Below, one piece after another: positions 32,116 to 41,420 of a stretch of 64,000 nt of DNA (position 1 is the stretch's first letter; each line of letters opens with the position of its first letter). The stretch spans positions 124,001 to 188,000 of IMG/VR virus record IMGVR_UViG_3300020147_000065, one strand, 5' to 3'. The position numbers were made by a program, and so were the translations under genes. The notes beneath the pieces were generated by a model. It saw nothing but the letters and a program-made list of their open reading frames with translations. It had not been told where the DNA came from and did no database searches.

Positions 32116-32265
32116 ATGACTCAGAAGCACAACCCGCCGCGCGTCGTAAAGTGCGACCATTGCGGCAAACTCACGAAGCACAACCCCGTTGCATGGCAAC
32201 AACTGTGCGACAAATGCGAGGAGAAATTTGACCGCCGTCGTGCCTACAAAAACGGTTACGAGTAA
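32116..32265 (+). CDS. 49-aa zinc-finger peptide (not in ORF track)
   Basis: MTQKHNPPRVVKCDHCGK...LCDKCEE; AGGAGG SD and own promoter. Confidence 0.7.
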   Translation: MTQKHNPPRVVKCDHCGKLTKHNPVAWQQLCDKCEEKFDRRRAYKNGYE

Positions 32266-32338
32266 GGGAAAGGGGACTTGCGCCCCTTTCCTCACCCTGT
32301 TAAACTACTGTTGTTAGTTAATTTTTGGAGGTTATCCC

Positions 32339-32641
32339 ATGTCACTGTTTGAGAATCCAGTCACCGGACACATCAGCCACCCAACTGCCGGGCGCGTCGC
32401 CGTCGAGTTTGACCTACATAAAGAAAAAGACCGCGTTGTTTTGCGGTCTATTGAGGGTGAGGCTGGCGAGTGCTTTGGAGTTATTTATCTTCGCAAAACT
32501 CCAACCATCGAAATTGGACAGGGTTATTTGACTTTCAAGGGGCGCAGCGGTCATGATTTACAGGGCACCAAAAAAGTCACTTTTCCTACTCCAATAGTGG
32601 AACTGGCGAAAAAGGTGCAAGAGAGACAGGCCGCCGCGTGA
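32339..32641 (+). CDS. Paralog family A protein, copy 2
   Basis: MSLFENPVTGHI...RVAVEF...RSIEGEA; GGAGG SD. Confidence 0.75.
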   Translation: MSLFENPVTGHISHPTAGRVAVEFDLHKEKDRVVLRSIEGEAGECFGVIYLRKTPTIEIGQGYLTFKGRSGHDLQGTKKVTFPTPIVELAKKVQERQAAA

Positions 32642-32784
32642 TACTAATCGGCCTATTCCTTTTCATTGTGGCTCCCGCTTTTTATAAGCGGGAGCCAGTT
32701 TATATCGCAATTTGGGCGGTATATGTTGCACTGATAAATTGGCTCTGATATACTCAGAGAGTTGTTAAATTCTGGAGGTTTTCC

Positions 32785-33021
32785 ATGTTATTTCCACCCA
32801 TAGAACCGCAGGACGTTCCGAGCTTTGCCGAGATTTTTTCCGATGTATTGAACGCGCAGCCGGAGGGCGATGATTTGGAAGCGTGTGACGAATGGTTAAG
32901 CTGCAACGACGGCGAATGGCCGCGCAGTGTCGAAGAGTTGCGGGAATGGTGGACAGCCGAACCAGAGCCGGAATATCAGAGCGCGACCCTTGATCCTGAT
33001 TACGATGAAACTCTGAGCTGA
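32785..33021 (+). CDS. Highly acidic small protein
   Basis: 78 aa rich in D/E/W; GGAGG SD; canonical U-tailed terminator follows. Confidence 0.7.
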   Translation: MLFPPIEPQDVPSFAEIFSDVLNAQPEGDDLEACDEWLSCNDGEWPRSVEELREWWTAEPEPEYQSATLDPDYDETLS

Positions 33022-33277
33022 TATAACGGGCACTGCCAACGCGGTGCCCGTTTTTCTTTGCGCGACCATGCCGGCGAGTGTGCGCTATCTTACATAGTGG
33101 GCAGCTTGCACTTGACGTTGTGTGCAAGCTGCCCACCCCCACCACGCAGCAGAAAACAACCCTGCTGCGTGGTGATCTGTTCCCTGGCGAACATTTATTA
33201 TTTATACCCTTGCACTTGCTATTGTGGCCTGATATACTGCTATGCAGTTGTTAAATTAAGCCATCCACGGAGATATT

Positions 33278-33490
33278 ATGTTAGCCTACACAATGACCGA
33301 CGAGACGACCTACACAGTGACCCGCAACGGTTCACCCGTTGGCACAATTCGCCTTGACGGTGCCTTCTATAGCGCCTATGGTGTGCGCGATAATTTTCTT
33401 GGTTCCAGCAGCCGGAGCCTCGGAATTGAGAACGCGGTGCGTAATCAATTTGGCACCCGTCGCCCAAAGTGGGGCAGACGCGGACACTAA
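33278..33490 (+). CDS. Small hypothetical protein
   Basis: GGAG SD and TTGCAC...TATACT promoter. Confidence 0.6.
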   Translation: MLAYTMTDETTYTVTRNGSPVGTIRLDGAFYSAYGVRDNFLGSSSRSLGIENAVRNQFGTRRPKWGRRGH

Positions 33491-33567
33491 AAATATTTCG
33501 GGCGCGACCTTGCACAGAGGTTGCGCCCCTGTTATACTATTGGTATAACCAATCAGGGAGAACGAAA

Positions 33568-33690
33568 ATGTCCGACGGAAAAACGATCATCGAAGAAATT
33601 GACGAAATCGAAGAATTGGCAGCGATGGCCGACGAACACGACGCGCAAAACGAGTTCCACGATCAATTTGATGGACAGTGGAAAGTCTAA
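33568..33690 (+). CDS. 40-aa acidic peptide
   Basis: MSDGKTIIEEIDEIEELAAMADEHD...; GGGAG SD and own promoter. Confidence 0.65.
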   Translation: MSDGKTIIEEIDEIEELAAMADEHDAQNEFHDQFDGQWKV

Positions 33691-33826
33691 CAAAACGGGC
33701 CGGCCCCTACGGGGAGCCGGCCCTCACTTTATCTGCCCCCCCCCCACTCATAAAATTTTCCATAAATTACTTGTATTTATATTCTGTTATGTTATACTTT
33801 CAGTATCACAATTAGGAGGTAGCAAA

Positions 33827-34006
33827 ATGCTACTCGATTTATGGCCTTACTTAGTGGCCTCTTTTCCAATGACTGATATGCGGAATCGCATTGCACGTCA
33901 AATAATGAAAAGGGCGATGCAACCAAAGGGTCTGGATGGCACAGTGTGGGGAACACTGACAGACAAATATGTTGATAAGTCGTTCGATAGCAACGCCCGG
34001 TATTAA
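33827..34006 (+). CDS. Small hypothetical protein
   Basis: AGGAGG SD; TTGTAT-17-TATACT promoter. Confidence 0.6.
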   Translation: MLLDLWPYLVASFPMTDMRNRIARQIMKRAMQPKGLDGTVWGTLTDKYVDKSFDSNARY

Positions 34007-34212
34007 ACCGGGCGTTGTTGGTTTGTTTGCCCCCCCCACTCAAATTTAAGAAAATCTGCCCACCCCCGTGTTAATTTCTTCCCCTTTCGCTGCGCTATAA
34101 TGGAAGAAGGAAAGTCAGGGAACTGGGTCAAAAATAAAAATAAATTTGACTTTCATTTGTCCCCGTGGTCTGCTATACTAATGTTAATTCTTTTAGGAGT
34201 GAGTTTATCACC

Positions 34213-34713
34213 ATGAACACCACGTTAGTTAATCAGGCCGCCGCATTGAGCGCGAAACTCCGCAAAATCACCGGACGTTGCGGCGAAAACCATTCAGCCG
34301 ACTATTTGAATCGCGCAGAACGCGCATATTCCCGCGCGTATGACCGCGCTATGCGTCGCGCGATGGCTGCGATGCCTTCGGCTGTTCCCGGTGTTATTCC
34401 CGTTGAGGCTATCAAATTGATGTCAGCAGCGACCTATTCTGTGCCCGTCGAATCGGTTAAAATCCTCAAAATTGAGCAGATTGCAGCCGACCATCCCGAC
34501 CGCGTTATTGACCGCGCGTGGAGTGTGCGACTGTTGGGCGAACGCACGGTTCGGGCGCGTGAACTTGATGGCGAAGATTACAGCCATGTTATCACGCATA
34601 CCCACCTCGTAGAAACCCGTTATGGTCACGGTGTGCCAGAGTCCGGCAACGGTGCTTGGGGTTCGTTGTTCGGCATCACCGACAAAGGCGAATATCGCCT
34701 ATGGTGTGACTAA
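34213..34713 (+). CDS. Hypothetical protein
   Basis: Likely start MNTTLV after GGAG; promoter with CCCCGTGG spacer. Confidence 0.7.
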   Translation: MNTTLVNQAAALSAKLRKITGRCGENHSADYLNRAERAYSRAYDRAMRRAMAAMPSAVPGVIPVEAIKLMSAATYSVPVESVKILKIEQIAADHPDRVIDRAWSVRLLGERTVRARELDGEDYSHVITHTHLVETRYGHGVPESGNGAWGSLFGITDKGEYRLWCD

Positions 34714-34817
34714 CACCACGCCTCACACCGCAAGGTGTGAGGTGCCCCCCCCCCACGCTTGCCATTTTATTTTGTTTGTGTCATACTATAGTTATCTTGA
34801 TTGATGAGGTTAGTGAA

Positions 34818-35120
34818 ATGTATAAGACGGTCACTCTCGCAAAGTTACGCCGTTTGGTCGCAAACCACGGGGCAGACAGTGTTCACATTAAATTCGATGA
34901 ATATGATGGGCCGGCCCGTTTGTCCATCCGAATCGGCACGACGATTTATCACACGCAATGGGTGGACTTATCAGTTCTTTGCGGTTCATTGCTCCGGTGG
35001 CGTAATTTGCGGGGTGTTAGTTGTTTCGCTAACAAAGGTCGCAATGTGGGACTCATTGGGCCTAAGAACTGGAAACTTCAAAAGGGACAGAAAAAAGAGT
35101 TCCACCCGGCTTATTTCTAA
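34818..35120 (+). CDS. Hypothetical protein
   Basis: GAGG SD, MYKTVTL. Confidence 0.65.
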   Translation: MYKTVTLAKLRRLVANHGADSVHIKFDEYDGPARLSIRIGTTIYHTQWVDLSVLCGSLLRWRNLRGVSCFANKGRNVGLIGPKNWKLQKGQKKEFHPAYF

Positions 35121-35291
35121 GCCGGGTTTGCCCCCCCCACCACGATTCAAACGCCAAAAATCGTGGTGGGGCAAGTGATCGCAATGGAAGAAGGAAAGCC
35201 AGGAAATCAGGTCAAAAATAAATTCCAAAATCACTTGTGTTTACTAAACTTTTGAGTTACACTAACACTATCTTGTTTGGAGGTTTTGGTT

Positions 35292-35603
35292 ATGTCTCTA
35301 TTTGACCACTCGATTAAAGGGCACCTGAATTGGAAAGAACAGCGCGTTGCTGTGGAATGGGCTTATCAGCGCCGCAAACAGAAAGTTCTTTTCCGTTCTC
35401 TTGAAGGCGAAGCTATCGCGTTAACAGGCGTGATATGTTTCAAAGAAACCAAGTCAGTAACCGTTGGCGGTGGTTATATGACTTTGAAGGGTCGTGACGG
35501 CCTCGCATTACAAAATGCACCAAAGGTCGAACAATTTCCAGAGGCTCTCGTTGCGCTTGCTCGCAAAGTAATCGAACGATGGCCGGAAGAAGAAAGCGAG
35601 TGA
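35292..35603 (+). CDS. Paralog family A protein, copy 3
   Basis: MSLFDHSIKGHL...RVAVEW...RSLEGEA; GGAGG SD. Confidence 0.75.
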   Translation: MSLFDHSIKGHLNWKEQRVAVEWAYQRRKQKVLFRSLEGEAIALTGVICFKETKSVTVGGGYMTLKGRDGLALQNAPKVEQFPEALVALARKVIERWPEEESE

Positions 35604-35880
35604 TTTTACTTGCATTTGTTCTACTGGTAACAGCGCCCTTATTTATTGGCAAGCCTTATATTTTTTATGGTATCGTTATTCTGGTTGGTGTGCTTACCCT
35701 TTTAGGGTAGGCACATCGCCAGCGATGTGCCCCCCCCCTTGCATCACGATTGTAAAACTTCCTACTGGGGATCAAAATATGTGGAAGAAGGAAGGTCAGA
35801 AAATCAGGTCAAGAATAAAAAGATTTTTCACTTTGCCCCCCCCCCTTGTTGCCATCTTTATCATATGTAATAATTTAAGT

Positions 35881-36216
35881 ATGGAATTTAGCAACACGGA
35901 CATCACCAAAGTTTTTGAGAACGTAAACGCTCCGGCTGTAAAGGCTCAGATTTCAACTCTTGGCGGTGCCGGTCGCCATAGTCTAATGATTACTATGTCA
36001 TTGGACAAGCGCGAGGATTGGGTTGCTGGCATCCTTCACAATTCGCGCTATATGTTCTTTAGTTTATCACAGGGCGGTAAACTCGAACAATTCAACCGCG
36101 CCCACACAATCGAGCCAAAGTTTCGCACTCGCACCGTTGGCAGTGTAGACGATGCCATTGCAAAGATTAACACATACATCGAAAAAGTTAAGGACGCCCC
36201 CGCTGCTGTCAAGTAG
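35881..36216 (+). CDS. Cassette gene, hypothetical (leaderless)
   Basis: C-run, TTGTTG-17-TAATAA/TAATTT, ATG; ends in hairpin. Confidence 0.7.
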   Translation: MEFSNTDITKVFENVNAPAVKAQISTLGGAGRHSLMITMSLDKREDWVAGILHNSRYMFFSLSQGGKLEQFNRAHTIEPKFRTRTVGSVDDAIAKINTYIEKVKDAPAAVK

Positions 36217-36270
36217 CGGGGACGTGCCCCCCCCCCCTGCATCTTATTACAAATTTGATATACTCTGAAT

Positions 36271-36713
36271 ATGAAAATTCTTGTGGTGCATCATGTTGAA
36301 GAATCTTTTTGTGGTGACGAATGGCAACAAATGGATAATGCACAAAGTGTTGTCGCAAAATTTTACGTCATATCAACCGCACAAGTTATGATAAGATTAT
36401 TCTGACCACTATGGAGGCATCGAATAGTGGTTATCATGAACTCGATAAATATATCAGCGTGGTAGAAAATTGGTGGTTTGGTTATTCACCTGATGAAGTA
36501 TCTGAATATGATACCGAACCAATGGTTTATAATGAAGACCATGTTTATGAAGGTCACGAATGGCTGCGAGTTTATGACTGGATTAAAGAACTAAAAGGTC
36601 ATCAAATTTCCGTTTGCGGTGGTTTTCGTAATGAGTGTTTCTTAGGTCTTACCTCTACACTTGACCATTTAGGTATCAAATATAAAACAATTGAGCAGTG
36701 CGTTTATGGTTGA
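36271..36713 (+). pseudogene. Frameshifted cysteine-hydrolase/isochorismatase-like gene
   Basis: Leaderless MKILVVHHVEESF frame stops at ~36405 while the -1 frame (RKILRHINRTSYDKIILTTMEA...ISVCGGFRNEC) continues to 36713. Confidence 0.45.
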
Positions 36714-36771
36714 TAACCATAAACGTGCCCCCCCCCCTTGTCGTGTCCCCGTGGTTTGTTAAAATAGAAGT

Positions 36772-37065
36772 ATGAATTTCTTACGCAACCCTCATTTTGT
36801 GGATTTTATCATTGATTTCACACAATGCAAAGCAGACGAAAGCGAACGTTTTGCACTTGCTAAGGCTCAGGGTGTAGCCTTCGCAGACTGGCGAATGACC
36901 ACCGACGCAGCCGACTTCGTTGTTGATTATTTCAACGCTTTACCCAAACAGGAACAGTTTCGGACGTTGGTTCGTGCCCGTCTCGATATGCGTCAACAGG
37001 CCGACGCATTAAACGCAAGCGTTGCAGAGTTTACTCAGGTGATAAACGCAGCCCGGTCTATGTAG
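36772..37065 (+). CDS. Cassette gene, hypothetical (leaderless)
   Basis: TTGTCG-CCCCGTGG spacer-TAAAAT-ATG. Confidence 0.7.
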   Translation: MNFLRNPHFVDFIIDFTQCKADESERFALAKAQGVAFADWRMTTDAADFVVDYFNALPKQEQFRTLVRARLDMRQQADALNASVAEFTQVINAARSM

Positions 37066-37142
37066 ACCGGGCTTGCCCCCCCGCTTACAATCATTCTTTT
37101 TCGTGTTATACTTGAATCAATTCAAGAGTTACGGAGAAAGCA

Positions 37143-37361
37143 ATGCGACACGCAAACCACGTAGTTTTACCAACGATCATCACTGAGACAGGAGATTATT
37201 TGACGCGCGGCGGTGAGGTCGTTAACATCACCTCGATTGTCCCTTACTCGGCTTATGGTGCTACCGGCACCTATCATTGTAATATCATAGACCATTGGGA
37301 TGTTTCAGGTCGGCTTTATCCCAACATGATAAGTGATAATGATATTGTCGAACGGGTATAA
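37143..37361 (+). CDS. Cassette gene, hypothetical
   Basis: GGAG SD; GDYLTRGGEVVNI. Confidence 0.65.
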   Translation: MRHANHVVLPTIITETGDYLTRGGEVVNITSIVPYSAYGATGTYHCNIIDHWDVSGRLYPNMISDNDIVERV

Positions 37362-37468
37362 TGGACAGGGAACGAAAGTTCCCTGTCTGCCCCCCCCCCG
37401 CCGGCACCCCTTGCATTCTCCCCGTGGTTTGCTATACTCTCAGTATCTTTAGTTAGAGAGGTTACGAC

Positions 37469-37780
37469 ATGAACAACGATGTGAAGATTCGCGGAATCGA
37501 GACGCCCGAACTGTGCCTGTGCTGCGGCTGCCAGGCCGAAATCGAAATCACCACGCCTGATGGTGTGGAGAAAATGTGCTTTTCTGAGGCGTTGCGTCAG
37601 TATCCTGACCATATGGCCGACTATGGCGAATCCATGTTTCGTGCTATGCAGGATGAGGCCGAAGTATTGGATGCGCAGTTGCAAGAGTTCCGCGCTGAGG
37701 CGTGGCACGAAGAAAATACACCACCGGCATGGTTTATGGATGAGCCGAACCCTTATATGGGTATGGGCTGCGATTTTTAA
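37469..37780 (+). CDS. Acidic Cys-containing small protein
   Basis: GAGG SD; CLCCGC motif. Confidence 0.65.
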   Translation: MNNDVKIRGIETPELCLCCGCQAEIEITTPDGVEKMCFSEALRQYPDHMADYGESMFRAMQDEAEVLDAQLQEFRAEAWHEENTPPAWFMDEPNPYMGMGCDF

Positions 37781-37883
37781 AACCTGCGCACTTTCCTGTT
37801 GTTTGGGAAAGTGCTGCCCCCCCCCTTGCTCCCATCTTTCTTTTTGTTATACTTGTAGTATCTTAGTTAGAGAGGTTAGAGCA

Positions 37884-38102
37884 ATGACTGAAAGCTATAA
37901 GCAAGCCGCAGAATGGGCGCAACATGAGGCAGACGTAACCGGCGAACCGTTTGTCGTCGTTCGGATGCCCAACACAACCGCGTATGGTTGCGAAAGAATC
38001 AGCGATTACGCAATGAAGATTCGCGGACGTGTCGCAGCAACAATTTATCTCGAAACGATTGTTCCGCAAGAGTGGCGGAAAGCAAGGAACGGTGAAAACT
38101 AA
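37884..38102 (+). CDS. Cassette gene, hypothetical
   Basis: GAGG SD, MTESYKQ; TAATG-coupled to the next gene. Confidence 0.6.
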   Translation: MTESYKQAAEWAQHEADVTGEPFVVVRMPNTTAYGCERISDYAMKIRGRVAATIYLETIVPQEWRKARNGEN

Positions 38103-38476
38103 TGGCTATCTCACGCGGCGGTAAAATCCGCAATGGTTCCTATGACCATAAATCTTATGGCCGTCCTCAGTTCGGTGTTGGTGGTGGTAATCGTATTCTC
38201 ACCAACGATAACACGAAATGGGGAGAATGGAAACGGGGCCACAAATACTCCCTGCGTATTCAAGACGTATCGCAGCGCAAGAACGGGCAAGTTCATGTGC
38301 AAGTGAAACCACACAAGGGCAACGGCGGCAGAGTCATTGAGAAAAAAGGTTTTGTGGAATTTTTAGACGGTGAACCACACATCACTGTAAATTGGCAGGG
38401 TAAACGCCTGACTATCGCTGAAATTCTCGCAATCGGCACACACTACGGAAATAAAGCGGCTCACTCTTCGGAGTGA
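38102..38476 (+). CDS. Basic hypothetical protein
   Basis: 124 aa; ends in a UUCG hairpin before the C-run. Confidence 0.65.
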   Translation: MAISRGGKIRNGSYDHKSYGRPQFGVGGGNRILTNDNTKWGEWKRGHKYSLRIQDVSQRKNGQVHVQVKPHKGNGGRVIEKKGFVEFLDGEPHITVNWQGKRLTIAEILAIGTHYGNKAAHSSE

Positions 38477-38543
38477 GCCTTGCCCCCCCCTTGCGCGATT
38501 TAAAGTTCTGCGTTATCCTTTATGTATCTTACGGAGGTTTATC

Positions 38544-38741
38544 ATGTGTTCTGATTCTTTTGCGTCTGCTTGTGCTATTGCCGAAGAGAAATCAAAGGAA
38601 ACACCAAAGTGTTTGCAGTGTGGTAAACCGATGGGGCCGGTTGAGGCCGCCATCAGCTCGACGTGTGGTAAATGTTGCCGTCTTAATCATCGTAAAGCGA
38701 TGGGAAAAAATAATGCTCAGAAAAATTGCCTTTTGGCTTAA
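38544..38741 (+). CDS. Small zinc-finger protein
   Basis: CLQCGK...CGKC; GGAGG SD. Confidence 0.55.
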   Translation: MCSDSFASACAIAEEKSKETPKCLQCGKPMGPVEAAISSTCGKCCRLNHRKAMGKNNAQKNCLLA

Positions 38742-38889
38742 TTACAATGATAAACGCGTCCCGCAATGGTTGCACAATCGCGTTTGTCGTGATCGTTGGA
38801 CGTGTGACGGGTGCTATCGTAAAATGGTGCCCCGTGGTGGAATGTATTTCGATAATGGCCCTTATTGTGGTCATTGCAACGGGAACTAA
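38713..38889 (+). CDS. Small zinc-finger protein
   Basis: MLRKIAF...CDGC...CGHC. Confidence 0.5.
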   Translation: MLRKIAFWLNYNDKRVPQWLHNRVCRDRWTCDGCYRKMVPRGGMYFDNGPYCGHCNGN

Positions 38890-38948
38890 TTAGTTCCCGT
38901 TGTGCCCCCCCCCTTGTGCTACTATTAATAGTGTGTAATAATTTAAGT

Positions 38949-39215
38949 ATGGCTAACCACTACGAACGCAATCGGACGTTTGCTCGGTTTCAACATAACG
39001 GAAAACACTATACCATCCACGAGCGCAAACATAAACTCAGCGATGGAACATGGCACACAAGCCGTTTTATCTGTGATGCTGCCGGAGATTGGCAAGGATG
39101 GGCAAAAGGTGTAAAGGTTGCGCGTGAAGTGTTGGATGGCAAGCGCGATAAGCATACCGGCAAACTTCTTGACCCTGTCGCCGCAATTCACGAAGCTGTA
39201 GCAGCTCTCCCATAA
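38949..39215 (+). CDS. Cassette gene, hypothetical (leaderless)
   Basis: C-run promoter then MANHYER. Confidence 0.65.
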   Translation: MANHYERNRTFARFQHNGKHYTIHERKHKLSDGTWHTSRFICDAAGDWQGWAKGVKVAREVLDGKRDKHTGKLLDPVAAIHEAVAALP

Positions 39216-39295
39216 GGAGAGCTGCCCCCCCCCTTGCAGCTAACTACATTCTGAGGGATAATAGATATATCACCTTTAGTTACGGAGAGTTTATC

Positions 39296-39694
39296 ATGTC
39301 AGAAGTAATCGCAAACGCCGACCTCGTGGGCCGCATCATGGAGATGGTGCAATGGGCCGTTGATAAAGATATGGGCATCCAAAAAGGTGCTTTTGGTCTT
39401 GTCATTCGCAATGGTCACTATGCCGTTGGCTCCTATGGCCACGTTTGCGCGTTGGGCGCGTGTATGCATGGTAAAGCTGTCACCGGCGGCAGTGTGCCCG
39501 ATTCATTCGCAAAAGAATATGGTGTCACCGACACTTGGGCGTGGGAGTTTGCCTATGGGTTCGATAACCCGACTAATCCCTATGGCTACACGGTCACTGA
39601 GGCCGTATTAACGGGCGCGGAAGTTCGCCGCCTATGCGATGAGCGCGGCATCGAAATAAAAGGCAGTCGAGACGTAAAAGACAAAGAGGATTAG
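39296..39694 (+). CDS. Cassette gene, hypothetical
   Basis: GGAG SD; VCALGAC motif. Confidence 0.7.
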   Translation: MSEVIANADLVGRIMEMVQWAVDKDMGIQKGAFGLVIRNGHYAVGSYGHVCALGACMHGKAVTGGSVPDSFAKEYGVTDTWAWEFAYGFDNPTNPYGYTVTEAVLTGAEVRRLCDERGIEIKGSRDVKDKED

Positions 39695-39808
39695 CAACCC
39701 TCTGCCCCCCCCCTTGCTCTATTTACCATATTTGTTAGAATAGATATGTAAGTCCTGTAATCCGCAGTCCTGGGACATTAGGCAACCAACTTACCACGGG
39801 AGAATTAA

Positions 39809-40003
39809 ATGTCACTCAGAGAACGACCAATCCATCGCTATTCCTGCCTTGTTCGAATTCCCGGTTCTGCAATTGCTCATCGCTATTACTATGAGGATTA
39901 CAATTCTCAAGGTGCGCGAGAAGCAATCAGACAGCAGGTAATCAATGCGTTTTCCCAAATTGATTCCCGTAAAATTAAAGTCAGCAAAGCTACAAGAGTC
40001 TAA
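39809..40003 (+). CDS. Small hypothetical protein behind a structured leader
   Basis: GGGAG SD. Confidence 0.55.
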   Translation: MSLRERPIHRYSCLVRIPGSAIAHRYYYEDYNSQGAREAIRQQVINAFSQIDSRKIKVSKATRV

Positions 40004-40013
40004 GGATAAAATC

Positions 40014-40154
40014 ATGCACAGATTTCGATTATTCAAAGACGGGGACATGTGGTGCGCGTTGACCGGGAGCAACATTCAAGAAGGGCGCGTTGGATTCGGA
40101 AAAACTCCATCCGAAGCGGTTAAAAATTGGGAGAAGGACAAGCCCCTTCCATAG
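40014..40154 (+). CDS. Small protein (GDxWCA...GFGKTPxEA motif)
   Basis: AGGA SD; MHRFRLFKDGDMWCA. Confidence 0.6.
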   Translation: MHRFRLFKDGDMWCALTGSNIQEGRVGFGKTPSEAVKNWEKDKPLP

Positions 40155-40227
40155 GGGCTTGTCGTTTTTAACCCCCCCTTGCGCTGATTCTCTACTTTGT
40201 TAAAATATAAAGCGAGGAGAGAATTTC

Positions 40228-40467
40228 ATGCGTTATCCACTAATTTGTTTGCTGACTGCGTTTCTCGGATGGTTCCCAATGGCCGCGTTTGGTGTAGGGC
40301 TTTTCGTCCATGCGGTTATTCGTTCGGTTCAATTCTGGATGTATCCCACCGTGGGCGGTTTTCTGGTGACAGTCGTTTCGACTCTACTGATTGTCGCTTA
40401 TATGAAAGTAACCGACCCCATCGCGGCATCGCTTTATAATCTGGAAACAGTAGCGAGTCTCTCTTGA
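40228..40467 (+). CDS. Small membrane protein
   Basis: Two hydrophobic segments; GAGGAG SD. Confidence 0.65.
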   Translation: MRYPLICLLTAFLGWFPMAAFGVGLFVHAVIRSVQFWMYPTVGGFLVTVVSTLLIVAYMKVTDPIAASLYNLETVASLS

Positions 40468-40521
40468 GAGACTCGCCCCCCCCCCTTGCAGTTATTGAGC
40501 ATCTGATATAAAATATGTTAT

Positions 40522-40710
40522 ATGAAAAGTTTTTATGTTAAGCAGACAACAAGAAACTCCCGTCACGGAAGTTCAAGTTGGGGAACAGGTCACGTCTGCT
40601 CAACTTATAGTGAACCAGTAGACTCCCTGTTTTTTGCAATTGTCCTTTATTTCGTCTATTTAATTACATTCGATACCGCGATCTGGAATTTGAGCATTAG
40701 ATATGAATGA
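40522..40710 (+). CDS. Small hypothetical protein (leaderless)
   Basis: C-run promoter directly before ATG. Confidence 0.55.
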   Translation: MKSFYVKQTTRNSRHGSSSWGTGHVCSTYSEPVDSLFFAIVLYFVYLITFDTAIWNLSIRYE

Positions 40711-40801
40711 CGCCCCCCCCCCTTGGCAGTATTTAATTTCCGCAGTATAATCTAATTGTCGCTGAGAAATACGGCGAACAAAAAACAAGGTGAGGTTTAC
40801 A

Positions 40802-40912
40802 ATGGGTGATTTTCTTCTCGAAATGTTGGGCGAAGTGGACGAAGCGACGGTAGCGGCACAAGAGACACAATTAGCTGAAGTTGCGGAAACCAAAGACGCC
40901 GACGACGACTAA
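40802..40912 (+). CDS. 36-aa acidic peptide (paralog of 41289-41420; not in ORF track)
   Basis: MGDFLLEMLGEVDEATVAAQETQLAEVAETKDADDD; GAGG SD. Confidence 0.7.
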   Translation: MGDFLLEMLGEVDEATVAAQETQLAEVAETKDADDD

Positions 40913-41046
40913 TTATAGTCACAAAGGGTAAAAACGATTCGCAATTATCGCGCGGGGGAATCCGAAAATTCTCCCGCTCCTTTGTGCCCCCCCCTTGCGT
41001 CAAGTGGTATATTTGTTAAAATAAATGGTGAAAGTGAGGAAAACAA

Positions 41047-41187
41047 ATGGCTGCTTTGACTGATGAACAGAAGAAATTGGGTTGGGTCGAAGGCACTTCC
41101 GCAGAGTTTCTCGGACTCACACCCGAAGAAGAAGCTCAGGTGCTCGAAGAAATGGAAGGTAAACCAGAAGCAGAGGACTCGGAGTAA
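41047..41187 (+). CDS. 46-aa peptide resembling the N-terminus of XRE/HTH antitoxins (not in ORF track)
   Basis: MAALTDEQKKLGWVEGTSAEFLGLTPEEEAQV...; GAGG SD. Confidence 0.65.
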   Translation: MAALTDEQKKLGWVEGTSAEFLGLTPEEEAQVLEEMEGKPEAEDSE

Positions 41188-41288
41188 TCCGGGGACTCTG
41201 CCCCCCCCCTTGCGCAATATCTCAAAGAAGTTAAAATATATTATGTCAGTCAGCAATGACGACAAATCAAATCTTTGGAGAAGAAACC

Positions 41289-41420
41289 ATGTCCATGCTC
41301 GATTTTTTGGCCGATATGCTCGGCGGGGAAGCCACGATGAACGATGTCCAGGCCCAGGAAGCCGCTGTCCTTGCGGCTGCGCGAGAAAAAGACGCCGAAG
41401 ATTACGACGACGAGGATTAG
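41289..41420 (+). CDS. 43-aa acidic peptide (paralog of 40802-40912; not in ORF track)
   Basis: MSMLDFLADMLGGEATMNDVQAQEAAVLAAAREKDAEDYDDED; GGAG SD. Confidence 0.7.
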   Translation: MSMLDFLADMLGGEATMNDVQAQEAAVLAAAREKDAEDYDDED

